This document shows positions 39,028 through 48,501 of a stretch of 64,000 bases of DNA, in pieces. This DNA comes from an uncultured virus (IMG/VR IMGVR_UViG_3300018417_002450). Its lineage: Duplodnaviria; Heunggongvirae; Uroviricota; Caudoviricetes. Below the pieces are notes generated by a model that did no database searches, was not told where the DNA came from, and was given only the letters and a program-made list of their open reading frames with translations. The stretch is from the IMG/VR virus record IMGVR_UViG_3300018417_002450; one strand, given 5' to 3'. Numbering within the stretch: position 1 is the first letter of the stretch; the number at the start of each line of letters is the position of its first letter. A program made the translations under genes and the position numbers.

Positions 39028-39258
39028 TCAACTTTTTTCTTTCCAAGAATCCATTTCAGTTATAATTTCATCGCCTTCTTTGTCTTGCGCAATACCAAGA
39101 GCCAGAGCCTGTATATCAGCAATAAGCTCGTTACAAGTCTGTTTGTCGTAGGTTTTTTCTGCTTGCTCAGAAAACTCATTACGAAGACGGTGAACCATGA
39201 TGGCTTTGTCTTTCATAGCATTTATTCTTGTGATAAGATCTTCTATAGAGTGTTGCAT
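39028..39258 (-). CDS. hypothetical protein
   Basis: ORF with GGAG RBS. Confidence 0.6.
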   Translation of the reverse strand: MQHSIEDLITRINAMKDKAIMVHRLRNEFSEQAEKTYDKQTCNELIADIQALALGIAQDKEGDEIITEMDSWKEKS

Positions 39259-39267
39259 ACCAGTCTC

Positions 39268-40980
39268 CTATGCTGCTATTTCACTGAAGTTTTTCACCTT
39301 TTGGAACTTAATGTGGCTTTCAAACTTGTCACCAAACTGATCACCACGATGGCTGATAACAAAGATATTGTCGTCAGCATTGAGATTATGAAGAGTTTCA
39401 ATCAAGTTTTCAACACCAACACCGTCCATAGCACCGTCAAGAGTTTCGTCAAGTACTAATAAATTAGTTGATACTGAGTTACGAAGCTTAGCAACTGCGC
39501 GCCAAGCCAGCATAATTGATAATGTAATACGAAGCTTTTCACCTTCTGAAAATGACGAGTACGAGAACGTATCACGGAAACGAGATTTGATTACCTCATT
39601 AAAGTTTTCGTCAATTTGAAAGTCAACAAACAAATCAAATGCTCCAAGATACTTATTAATAAGCTTATTCATAATTGGAATATATTGACGAATAATTTTT
39701 GATTTGATGCCACCATCTCTAAGCATTGCTGCTACAACAGTCAATACTTCTTTTTGATTAAATAATGAAGTTTGTTCAGTATCAATACTGTTCAATGATT
39801 CAGCCAATTCTTTTAGCTTGGTTGTATCAACAGATTCTACTTGTTCTTCTGCTTTAGTCAATTCATTCTTGTATGAAACCAAAGCACTCTTAGCCATTTT
39901 GATAGTTGCTCGATGATCGCCTATCTCAAGATTGAGAGAAGATATTTCTGTTTCAACATTAGAGATTTCTTCAAGTCTTTGAATGTATCCTAATGCTTTT
40001 GATTTACATTCTTCGATACCTCCTTCAAGCTCTTCAACCTTCTTACCTTTTTCTGATACAACGTTTTCTTTAAAGTCGTGATCAATTCCTTGCTTACATG
40101 TCGGACAGTTATCATGATCATGATAGAATGCAAGCTCTTTCATATAAGAGTTTAAATTCATTTGCATTTGCTGTATTAGTGCATTTGCTTTTTCATTTTT
40201 CTTCTTGATATCTGCTTTATCTTGTATCTGTTGAACAAGTTCTTCGATCTTGGTTTGAACAAGCTCAATCTTTTCGTGTTCATCTTCAATTTCATTAATA
40301 TGAAGGAACATCTTTTTCTTAATCTTGTCAACTTCATCCTGTTTAATCTGACGAATAGAAGCGTTGTGTTCTTTTGCTGATTCTAATTTAGATCCAATAA
40401 GATCTTTTTGATAAGAGTTTTCTGTAATTAACTCTTTGTTTAAACTCAGCTTTTCTTTTAATAGAGTATTCATAGTACTAAACACTTGAATATCTAAAAG
40501 ATCTTCGATAATCTCACGGCGAGCATGTGTTGTAAGCTCCATAAAAGGAACATAAGTAGCGCTGCCAAGAATTACAATTTGATTAAATGATTTATAATTC
40601 AGTTTTAGAATACTACTTTCAAGGTATGCTTGATAATCTCGTGACGCAGCATCTTGATTTATGAGAGCCCCATTACGATAAATTTCAAGAAAGTTTGGCC
40701 TAATACCACGCTTTACTGTATAGTTAAACTGGCCAATTTGAAAGTCAATCTCAACTGCCATATCTTTTTGATTAATAGAATTAATCAATTGTGGCTTATT
40801 GATTTTACGGAAAGGCTTGCCATATAAAGCAAAAACAATAGCATCAAGCATTGTAGATTTGCCGGCACCATTTGATCCGCTTACCAAAGTTGTTGTACGA
40901 CCATTTAGCTGAATCGTTGTAAAAGTATTCCCTGTTGAAAGGATATTTTTGTAACGTAACTCTTTAAACGTTATTTTCAT
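39268..40980 (-). CDS. 46: gp46 Rad50/SbcC-like recombination ATPase
   Basis: GSNGAGKS, CPTC hook, FSEGEK, LVLDE, ISH. Confidence 0.95.
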   Translation of the reverse strand: MKITFKELRYKNILSTGNTFTTIQLNGRTTTLVSGSNGAGKSTMLDAIVFALYGKPFRKINKPQLINSINQKDMAVEIDFQIGQFNYTVKRGIRPNFLEIYRNGALINQDAASRDYQAYLESSILKLNYKSFNQIVILGSATYVPFMELTTHARREIIEDLLDIQVFSTMNTLLKEKLSLNKELITENSYQKDLIGSKLESAKEHNASIRQIKQDEVDKIKKKMFLHINEIEDEHEKIELVQTKIEELVQQIQDKADIKKKNEKANALIQQMQMNLNSYMKELAFYHDHDNCPTCKQGIDHDFKENVVSEKGKKVEELEGGIEECKSKALGYIQRLEEISNVETEISSLNLEIGDHRATIKMAKSALVSYKNELTKAEEQVESVDTTKLKELAESLNSIDTEQTSLFNQKEVLTVVAAMLRDGGIKSKIIRQYIPIMNKLINKYLGAFDLFVDFQIDENFNEVIKSRFRDTFSYSSFSEGEKLRITLSIMLAWRAVAKLRNSVSTNLLVLDETLDGAMDGVGVENLIETLHNLNADDNIFVISHRGDQFGDKFESHIKFQKVKNFSEIAA

Positions 40981-42041
40981 GCAATATTCGATGCCTCATT
41001 GTATAGCTCATCAACTACTTGTTTGATGCTTGCTTTATTTACGGTTGTTTCGATAGACTCAATGTAAGTATAGAGAATGTCTTTAGTGTCTTGAGCTTCG
41101 TCAAGAATTTCATCCATTCCCTCATTTTCTAGATTAAGAGCATCTTCGATAGATTTAACATCGGCTGCACCTGCATCGTTTAAGCGATTCATAAACAAAT
41201 CGTAAAGATAAGGATTGGTACGATTCTTAACAATTACTTTGATGTAAGTGTCTTTTAAGTTATCAGTATCGAGATGCGCAATATCTTCAATAGTCATATC
41301 GGTATCATCATATTCAATCTTATAGAATACTCTGAATGGATTGCGTACACGCTCAAGCTCACGTGTTTCAGTATCAAATACGTGGAAACCACGAACACCG
41401 TCGTAGTCTGTCCATGTCATTTCATAAGGTGCACCAAGATAACGAATGTTGCCATACTCAGATGGATGATGGAAATGACCGGACCATACTTGCTCAAAGT
41501 GAGTAAATAGATCTTTGTCAGTACCATGTGTACATAGCTGACCTTTCATCATTTCAAATCCTTTGAGCTCAAGATGGCCAGCCAATACATGCGCTTTCGA
41601 ATCTTTGATAGCATCATAACAAATTTGAGCGTTATCTTTTGCAATCCACGGTAACATCATAACACGGGTTGATCCGAATGTCAACTCTTTTGGCTCACTT
41701 TCGTAGATATGAAAATTATCATATTCTTTTAAAAGCAAATTCATAGAGTTTACTTCATTCGTGTTTGTGTAGTAAGTACAATGGTTACCCACTAGAGCAT
41801 GATACTCAATACCACGTTTAGCGAGTTGGTCGAACCAATACTCTTTACCACGCTTTAAAGAAACGTAATTAATAAATTTACGACGATCAAAAGTGTCACC
41901 AAGATCAAATACAGTCGTAATGCCATGTTCGTCCAAATACGGGAAAAAGCATTCGAGAAAAAATCTTTCTTGATGATCTGCGAATACCTTCGAGTCACCT
42001 CTTACTCCTATATGCATATCTGTTACAATTGCTATTTTCAT
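40977..42041 (-). CDS. 47: gp47 Mre11/SbcD-like nuclease
   Basis: TDMHIG, LGDTFDRRK, VGNH, GHLE, SGHFH. Confidence 0.95.
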   Translation of the reverse strand: MKIAIVTDMHIGVRGDSKVFADHQERFFLECFFPYLDEHGITTVFDLGDTFDRRKFINYVSLKRGKEYWFDQLAKRGIEYHALVGNHCTYYTNTNEVNSMNLLLKEYDNFHIYESEPKELTFGSTRVMMLPWIAKDNAQICYDAIKDSKAHVLAGHLELKGFEMMKGQLCTHGTDKDLFTHFEQVWSGHFHHPSEYGNIRYLGAPYEMTWTDYDGVRGFHVFDTETRELERVRNPFRVFYKIEYDDTDMTIEDIAHLDTDNLKDTYIKVIVKNRTNPYLYDLFMNRLNDAGAADVKSIEDALNLENEGMDEILDEAQDTKDILYTYIESIETTVNKASIKQVVDELYNEASNIA

Positions 42042-42251
42042 TTACCACCATCCTAGGGTTCTACCATTGCCAGTTATAATCATACAACATGTTACTATAT
42101 GTAATACGATCCAAAAAGTTCTAAACCATAAAGCTCTTACAACATCACGTTGAGGTATAGGCAAGAACTCCGGTTTATCGTCGTCAGTAATACCAACGGG
42201 CATTCCAACAGTTCTTGCGTACCATTTAAGAAATCTTCTTTGTCCGCTCAT
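42042..42251 (-). CDS. small membrane protein
   Basis: C-terminal hydrophobic helix. Confidence 0.6.
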   Translation of the reverse strand: MSGQRRFLKWYARTVGMPVGITDDDKPEFLPIPQRDVVRALWFRTFWIVLHIVTCCMIITGNGRTLGWW

Positions 42252-42721
42252 AAATTTCCTTTGCTATGAATTAACCATACTATAAACACAAAAACACTGG
42301 ATGTCAATAGAAATAAGAATATTCCTATGGTCCATTCTATAATTCTTTCTTTCATCTCTTGTGCGGCGTATACCGCATCCTTTTGATCTTGTCTTATTTG
42401 AGCTTCGATTCTAAGGATTTCTTGCCATGCTGATGGGCCATAATGCGAGGATATGAAACTACGGAGTTCATCTCTCATATTTTCAACCTTTTTCTTTTCA
42501 GCCCAAATTTGAACAGCATCTGCTTTATGTTTGCTACCAAGAGCTTTATACCATTTTGGCTTTTCAGCCTTGTCTGCGGCATAGTTAAAATCAGATATAG
42601 CTTTTGACCATTGACCAAGTTGACCTGCCATATCTTGGATGTCACGCCCAACGGAAATTGCTTTTTTGATTCCGTTAAACGCTGCAGTTGCCGCAGCAAC
42701 CGCCGTAAATGGATCTACCAT
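42248..42721 (-). CDS. hypothetical protein with C-terminal TM helix
   Basis: MVDPFTAVAAATAAF...YGPSAWQE. Confidence 0.7.
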   Translation of the reverse strand: MVDPFTAVAAATAAFNGIKKAISVGRDIQDMAGQLGQWSKAISDFNYAADKAEKPKWYKALGSKHKADAVQIWAEKKKVENMRDELRSFISSHYGPSAWQEILRIEAQIRQDQKDAVYAAQEMKERIIEWTIGIFLFLLTSSVFVFIVWLIHSKGNL

Positions 42722-42807
42722 ATGATAACCTTTCTAGATTGAACATTTTGTATATCATATGGTGATTATATAAAGCAAGGTTGTAAAAAACTATTTATTC
42801 GTCAATA

Positions 42808-43311
42808 CTATTTTTTCTTCTCTTTATCTCGTTGAAGCTTATCTTCAAAATCTTGGATAAAGTCGTTCATGTAATCTGCATTTGTATTTAATTGTAAGTT
42901 TAGATCTTCACCAGAGTATGTTTCGCCGGCGGCAATCATAGCCTGAGATGATTTAAAGCGGATATACATTTGTTTCTTTTCTTTTTGAATACGACGAAGA
43001 AATGCGTACCAAATGATCTGTGTAAAATAAGCAAATGGATTCTGAGATTTTTCAGGGTTAAAGTTGTTGATGTACAATAGACAGTTCTCAATTCCATCTG
43101 AGATCATATCTTCTTTGTATGAGTAACCAGAAAAATTTGGTTTGGTTGCTAATCTTGTAGCGATCTGATAAATGCATGTTCCAATGTAGTCTGGAACTCT
43201 AGGACGATCGTCGCCCGCGTCCTCAGCCTCTCTACAATCTTTTTGGTATGCCATCAGCGCTGCAAGAAGGTCAGCATTGTTAACGTAGTTGCGTGTCTTA
43301 CGCTTAGCCAT
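42808..43311 (-). CDS. 55: gp55 late sigma factor
   Basis: NYVNNADL, KPNFSGYSYKEDMISDGIENC, NPFAYFTQI...RIQKEK. Confidence 0.95.
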   Translation of the reverse strand: MAKRKTRNYVNNADLLAALMAYQKDCREAEDAGDDRPRVPDYIGTCIYQIATRLATKPNFSGYSYKEDMISDGIENCLLYINNFNPEKSQNPFAYFTQIIWYAFLRRIQKEKKQMYIRFKSSQAMIAAGETYSGEDLNLQLNTNADYMNDFIQDFEDKLQRDKEKKK

Positions 43312-43342
43312 GTGTTACCTCCTATGTAGTGTGCTTAATACT

Positions 43343-43411
43343 AATATAATACATTTTTTTGAAATGTCAACTGAAAAAAAAGGTTGACAAATTTTCAGAA
43401 CCGTGTATAAT
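43343..43411. promoter_or_regulatory. back-to-back sigma70 promoters (minus: gp55; plus: antisense to uvsW)
   Basis: Minus TTGACA at 43370-43365 with TATATT; plus TTGACA 43384-N16-TATAAT 43411. Confidence 0.6.
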
Positions 43412-43436
43412 CTGATTTATCAGGAACAAAACAATA

Positions 43437-44927
43437 TTAGATCTCTACTGTGTACACCTTGAATGGGAACTGCTCCCGCCCATAGATTTCCACTCTTTTC
43501 CTGAAATGTTGCAATGTATAGTTCGTAAACGAGCCGACCGTCAGGTCGTCAGTGATGTCGTACAACGTGGCACGGTCAGCATCATTTCCTTTACGAAGAG
43601 CTCGACCAATCGATTGCAATACTTTGATTTCAGACTTAGAACCAGACGCAAAGATCACATTGTCAAGCTTCTTTAGATTTACACCAGTTGAAAAAACTCC
43701 ATAAGATGCAAGGATATCGTGTTGTTTGATTGGATCGTTTTCCACCAAATGTCGAATGCGCTCACGTTCTTCTCCTTTAGTAGCTCCATAGATAAAATGC
43801 AGTTGTCGACCATCTTTTTGAAGCAAAGGCTCAAGGATCTTACCATGCTTTTCAACTAAATCAAACAAGACCAAATTGTTCTGGCCTTCAAGGCTCCAAA
43901 GAAGATTTCGAATGAACATATTACGTTTATGATTGTTTACAATGAACTCTCGTTCAGCAGGATATTTCTTACCAGCTTCTTTAATTTGCTTAAAGGCTTT
44001 CAAAAAATCTTTACGCTGCTGTTCTTCATATGACAACACAATTGCTTTCACATTAAAGTCAGCAACAGTTCCAGCATCCATCAAATCTTTTGTTGATACG
44101 TGTTTACGAACAGCTCCAAAGCATCCTTCTAATACAAGTCTATGAGTCTTGCTTTCTTCTGATTTTAAAGTGCCGGTAAAGCCATGTCGATAGTAGCATT
44201 GATCTAAACCTTCCATAATCTTTTGAAGTGATTTAGCCTGGAAGTTATGTGCCTCATCACCAAGCACCACATTAAATTGGCCAAACCAATCTTTGGGAAG
44301 TTTAATCAATGATTGCCATGTACTAATCACAATTGGATGATCTGTGTTCTTGTCGACTCCACCTTGAATTTTATAAATCATATCTTGATCGCACCCATAG
44401 TCGACAAAGTCTCCAGCCATCTGATGAACCAGAGAAATTGTTGGTACAATAATAAGTGTTCTATGATTATATGTTTGAAGGTAGTGCTGAGTAATCAGAT
44501 AAATGATAAGAGATTTACCAGAACTAGTTGGAGACAAAGATAGCGATCGTGAATCTCTAATTGCATCAACAACGTATTGATTTTGGTAATCTCTTGGTTC
44601 AAATTTACAGTCAATTTCTTTGGCAATTTGATAGCCATAATCATCAGGAATCTCTTCTGCAACATACAAGTGGTCAGGTGCTTTGAGATCATAACCACGA
44701 TCTTCACAGAATTTTACAAGCTTTGAGAATAGACCAACATATAGCTTTGGGCGCAATGCTTGGAACAAACGAATCCATCCATCCCATACTCGATTCTTAT
44801 ATGAAGGATTAAATTGATAGCCGGAAGGCTGGAACTTAAAATAATCTTCTAGCTCCATTTTAACGCCTGAGTCAGCATTGATCTTTAAATAGACCGCATT
44901 TATAATTTCAACGCTGACCGTATCCAT
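43437..44927 (-). CDS. uvsW: UvsW helicase
   Basis: WDGWIRL, PRDYQ, SPTSSGKS, GDEAH, FSTGVN, LQSIGRALR. Confidence 0.95.
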   Translation of the reverse strand: MDTVSVEIINAVYLKINADSGVKMELEDYFKFQPSGYQFNPSYKNRVWDGWIRLFQALRPKLYVGLFSKLVKFCEDRGYDLKAPDHLYVAEEIPDDYGYQIAKEIDCKFEPRDYQNQYVVDAIRDSRSLSLSPTSSGKSLIIYLITQHYLQTYNHRTLIIVPTISLVHQMAGDFVDYGCDQDMIYKIQGGVDKNTDHPIVISTWQSLIKLPKDWFGQFNVVLGDEAHNFQAKSLQKIMEGLDQCYYRHGFTGTLKSEESKTHRLVLEGCFGAVRKHVSTKDLMDAGTVADFNVKAIVLSYEEQQRKDFLKAFKQIKEAGKKYPAEREFIVNNHKRNMFIRNLLWSLEGQNNLVLFDLVEKHGKILEPLLQKDGRQLHFIYGATKGEERERIRHLVENDPIKQHDILASYGVFSTGVNLKKLDNVIFASGSKSEIKVLQSIGRALRKGNDADRATLYDITDDLTVGSFTNYTLQHFRKRVEIYGREQFPFKVYTVEI

Positions 44928-44930
44928 GAT

Positions 44931-45371
44931 TTAGTATTCCCCGTGTTGGAACTTCAATATGTCAACCATATTTTTAATAACAAAGTTTCTGCTATGTATT
45001 GTCTTAATAATATCTTCAAGATAATTAGCGCGAGTAGAGTGATAATCAATCTTGAGACTCAGATTAATAATATCTCTGTCTGCTTGAATATATTTATCTA
45101 TATCTTGACGAATGATTTTCTTGGGCTGTGGTTTCCATCCACGCTCTCGTAAATCTTCTTCTGCCATAGAACCATCAAACCACTCGCGTTTTGCAAGCTC
45201 AAGTTCCTTATAATCATAACGAAGCTTCTTTACTTTTAAAGCCTCTTTATAATATAAGCTGTAATACTTGTTATGAAGTTCAGGAATTCTTTTGGATTCA
45301 CCAGCAAGGTTAGCCTCATCAATCCTACAGTCAACAGCCCACAACTCATTAATATCATCAGTACTCATCAC
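44931..45371 (-). CDS. uvsY: UvsY recombination mediator
   Basis: WAVDCRID...IPELHNKY...YIQAD...SRNFVIKN; next to uvsW. Confidence 0.88.
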   Translation of the reverse strand: MMSTDDINELWAVDCRIDEANLAGESKRIPELHNKYYSLYYKEALKVKKLRYDYKELELAKREWFDGSMAEEDLRERGWKPQPKKIIRQDIDKYIQADRDIINLSLKIDYHSTRANYLEDIIKTIHSRNFVIKNMVDILKFQHGEY

Positions 45372-45424
45372 ATGCCCTTCGCACAGTTGTTACTTAATTA
45401 TACTATCACAACTGTTTGGAAATG

Positions 45425-45913
45425 TCAACTAATTTTTTCGAACCTCATGTTCGTATAGCGCATTGTGGCACTGACTTCTGGGTAGATTACGTCAGATCCT
45501 GTAACATCTAGATTGACTCCACTTAGAGCGATGGGGAAGCATTCTGTAAAGGTAAATTTGATATTTTGACGGCGGTTGCTGTTCTCTATTAATATAGACA
45601 CATCAGACACCAAACCGTATTTTCCATCTTCTAAATTTGCAAACTGGTCAGATCTTTCTGGTGTTCCCATACCTTCCATCCATGATAAGATTTCATTATA
45701 ATTATCCATGTTCTCATCGACGATAAAGCTTAGGTCCAACTCTGCGTACTCGATACGATCCGGAGTTTTATAAATACGATGCAAGGGAGATAATTGCTCC
45801 GGTGCACCCATGCTTAAACCGGGAATACTAACACGCTGAGTAAAAAATTCAACGTTAGGCATACGATCTACGACGACCTTAAACGAGATCGGTGACAAAT
45901 AATTTGTAATCAT
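45425..45913 (-). CDS. gp3-like tail tube terminator/completion protein
   Basis: NYLSPISF...PNVEFF...FIVDENMDNY...FPIALS; gp3-uvsY-uvsW synteny; TATAAATA at 45953-45960. Confidence 0.75.
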   Translation of the reverse strand: MITNYLSPISFKVVVDRMPNVEFFTQRVSIPGLSMGAPEQLSPLHRIYKTPDRIEYAELDLSFIVDENMDNYNEILSWMEGMGTPERSDQFANLEDGKYGLVSDVSILIENSNRRQNIKFTFTECFPIALSGVNLDVTGSDVIYPEVSATMRYTNMRFEKIS

Positions 45914-45985
45914 TTCAAATTTCCTATTGACATTTCTGAAAGGTTATGTTAGTATTTATAAAGTGCAACAACCGAAAGGTTCTAA

Positions 45986-46060
45986 ATGCAAGAAGACTAT
46001 CGATGTTACATGTGGGACGACCCATGTGACGATTGTACACATTGGATTGGAAAAATCTAG
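45986..46060 (+). CDS. putative 24-aa Cys-containing peptide
   Basis: MQEDYRCYMWDDPCDDCTHWIGKI; GAAAGG RBS; TTGACA upstream. Confidence 0.35.
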   Translation: MQEDYRCYMWDDPCDDCTHWIGKI

Positions 46061-46089
46061 TTGACAAACCTTTAGTTATGTGTTAGAAT
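46061..46089 (+). promoter_or_regulatory. sigma70-type promoter for topoisomerase
   Basis: TTGACA-N17-TAGAAT; same design at 48182-48210, 48445-48473 and 52291-52319. Confidence 0.7.
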
Positions 46090-46121
46090 AGCTAAATAAT
46101 GTTCTCAATGGAGAGAAAACT

Positions 46122-47942
46122 TTGACTGAACAATTTAAAATCTTAACAGCCCGCCAACACGTCAGAGAACGTATTGGTATGTATATGGGTTCAAGTGCTC
46201 AAGAAGAAATCGAGCGCTTTGTGATGGGTGAATGGAAAACTGCAAAGTATGTTCCAGCTCTATCCAAAATGATTGATGAAATTCTAGATAACTCGATCGA
46301 CGAGGCAATTCGCACAAATTTTAAGTTTGCGAACAAAATCAACGTGTCTATAGATAATAATAAGGTAACCATTACCGACAACGGTCGTGGTATTCCACAA
46401 GAGCTTGTTTATGATGAAACCACTGACAGCAAAATTGCTCGTGCCACAGCAGCTTGGACTCGTGTAAACGCAGGTACAAGTTTTGACGATGAGCGAGTAA
46501 CCATCGGAACGAACGGCGTAGGATCTGCTGCTACCAACTTTCTTTCTTCTAAGTTTGTTGGTAAGACTTGGTCTAATGGTAGCATGCTTACAGTTGAATG
46601 TAAGAATGGTGCTGAAGATGTTCGTGAAAAGAAAACAGCCAAAGATGGAAACGGAACTGAAGTCTGGTTTACTCCTGATTTTGAATTATTTGAAGTCGAC
46701 AGTTTACAAGAACACGATACGGTTGCTTTAGTTGAAGATCGTTTGTCTTCACTTCAAATGGCATTCCCTGAAATCGCATTCTCTTTTAATAAGCGTCGTG
46801 TTAAGGTAAACAACCTAAAGAAATACGCAGAGCTTTTTGGTGAGGAAGCAATCATTGAGAAAACTGAAGATCTTTCATTCTTCATCACTACATCTGAAGA
46901 CGGTTTCCGTACCAACTCATTTGTAAATGGTGTAAATACACGACAAGGTGGAGCATATGTCGACTTTATCGTGAATGGCATTGTTGAAGAACTTACAACT
47001 ATGATTAAGCGTAAGCATAAAATTGAAGTTGTTAAGTCGACAATTAAGAATGGCCTCACGTTCGTCATGTTCGCTAAAAACTTTACTAATCCCAAATTCG
47101 ATTCACAGACAAAAGAAAAACTGACGAATCCAATGAGTAATGTAAAGGAACATGCAATTGCCTCTGGCATTCGTGAGGCCGACTTCTTTGCTCGTAAGAT
47201 CTTGAATACTCCATCTATCATTGATCCGATTATTGAGGCTCAGCTTGCAAAGAAAATTGCCGCAGATAAACGTGCTGCTACTCTTGCTCAAAAGAAATTG
47301 CGCAAGGTTAAAGTGGCTAAACATATTGCAGCAAATAAGGATGACGCTACACTTAAGATTGTAGAGGGTGACTCAGCTATGGGCTTCCTTCTTAAAGTAC
47401 GTGATCCAAATAAGGTGGGTGCTTACCCATTACGTGGTGTTATCATGAACACGTGGGATATGAAACCTGCTGACGTTCTCAAAAATAAAGAGTTGTCAGA
47501 ATTAATCTCTGTTCTTGGTTTGGATATCACTAATCCAAACTCAGTTGATTATATGACATATGAGAATGTTGCAACATTGACCGATGCTGACCACGATGGT
47601 ATTGGTCATATCTCTCCATTACTTATTGCATTTTTCTATAAGTTTTGGCCACGCCTTCTTTTGGAAAAGAAAGTTAAAATCACTCGTACTCCAATCATGA
47701 TCTCTTCGAAAAAAGATCAAGTTCAGTGGTTTTATACATATGAGGAGGCACGTGATTTTAAAGCCAATAACGCAGGTTGGAAGCATCGTTATATTAAAGG
47801 CTTGGGCTCACTTACCGAAGATGAATATCATAAAATTATTAACGAGCCAGTATATGATACAGTTACTGTTGATGATGCTGGTATATTTCAAATGATGTTT
47901 GGACGTGACAGTCAATTAAGAAAGGACTTTATGTTCCAATAA
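46122..47942 (+). CDS. 39: type II topoisomerase large subunit (gp39+gp60 fused)
   Basis: EILDNSIDE, DNGRGIP, GTNGVGS, VEGDSA, PLRG, TDADHDG, YIKGLGS. Confidence 0.95.
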   Translation: MTEQFKILTARQHVRERIGMYMGSSAQEEIERFVMGEWKTAKYVPALSKMIDEILDNSIDEAIRTNFKFANKINVSIDNNKVTITDNGRGIPQELVYDETTDSKIARATAAWTRVNAGTSFDDERVTIGTNGVGSAATNFLSSKFVGKTWSNGSMLTVECKNGAEDVREKKTAKDGNGTEVWFTPDFELFEVDSLQEHDTVALVEDRLSSLQMAFPEIAFSFNKRRVKVNNLKKYAELFGEEAIIEKTEDLSFFITTSEDGFRTNSFVNGVNTRQGGAYVDFIVNGIVEELTTMIKRKHKIEVVKSTIKNGLTFVMFAKNFTNPKFDSQTKEKLTNPMSNVKEHAIASGIREADFFARKILNTPSIIDPIIEAQLAKKIAADKRAATLAQKKLRKVKVAKHIAANKDDATLKIVEGDSAMGFLLKVRDPNKVGAYPLRGVIMNTWDMKPADVLKNKELSELISVLGLDITNPNSVDYMTYENVATLTDADHDGIGHISPLLIAFFYKFWPRLLLEKKVKITRTPIMISSKKDQVQWFYTYEEARDFKANNAGWKHRYIKGLGSLTEDEYHKIINEPVYDTVTVDDAGIFQMMFGRDSQLRKDFMFQ

Positions 47943-47951
47943 GGAGAAAGG

Positions 47952-48185
47952 ATGAACATCATGACCGACGAGCGTAACGATGCATTACAGGAAGTAATGC
48001 TTAAATCAATGAGAGCTCATGCGCATGGGCATATTCAAAAACACAAAATGAATGTTGAGATCTATCTTAACAATCCAGCTGGCATCGGTGAACACCCAGA
48101 TGTTTTCGAAGCTATGGAAGGTGAGCTATTGGAAATGGCAAAATATCAAGATGTTTTAGATATGCTTGATAAATATTTTGGTTGA
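47952..48185 (+). CDS. hypothetical protein
   Basis: NVEIYLNNPAGIGEHPD. Confidence 0.7.
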   Translation: MNIMTDERNDALQEVMLKSMRAHAHGHIQKHKMNVEIYLNNPAGIGEHPDVFEAMEGELLEMAKYQDVLDMLDKYFG

Positions 48186-48236
48186 CAAACTAAAAAAACT
48201 GGTATAGAATAACTATATCAAATCAAAGGAAATGCT

Positions 48237-48467
48237 ATGAATAAGCAAGATATCCACAAAACAAAACAAGCCGGTGCATTGGCTTTAGACATCTTACAAA
48301 GTCAATTGCACCTGCCTTTAAATAATGGTAAAATCAATGAAGATAAAATCAACGATCACATCATTATTGCTATGTATTGTGGTGATCTTGGTCCGATTAC
48401 TCAAAACGTAATCGATTTAGCAATAAGCAGTGTGCAAGATATGGTTGACATTGTAAAGAAACCGTGA
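48237..48467 (+). CDS. hypothetical protein
   Basis: Own promoter and RBS. Confidence 0.6.
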   Translation: MNKQDIHKTKQAGALALDILQSQLHLPLNNGKINEDKINDHIIIAMYCGDLGPITQNVIDLAISSVQDMVDIVKKP

Positions 48468-48501
48468 TAGAATATATCTATAAGCTGAAAAAGGGTTTGT
48501 T

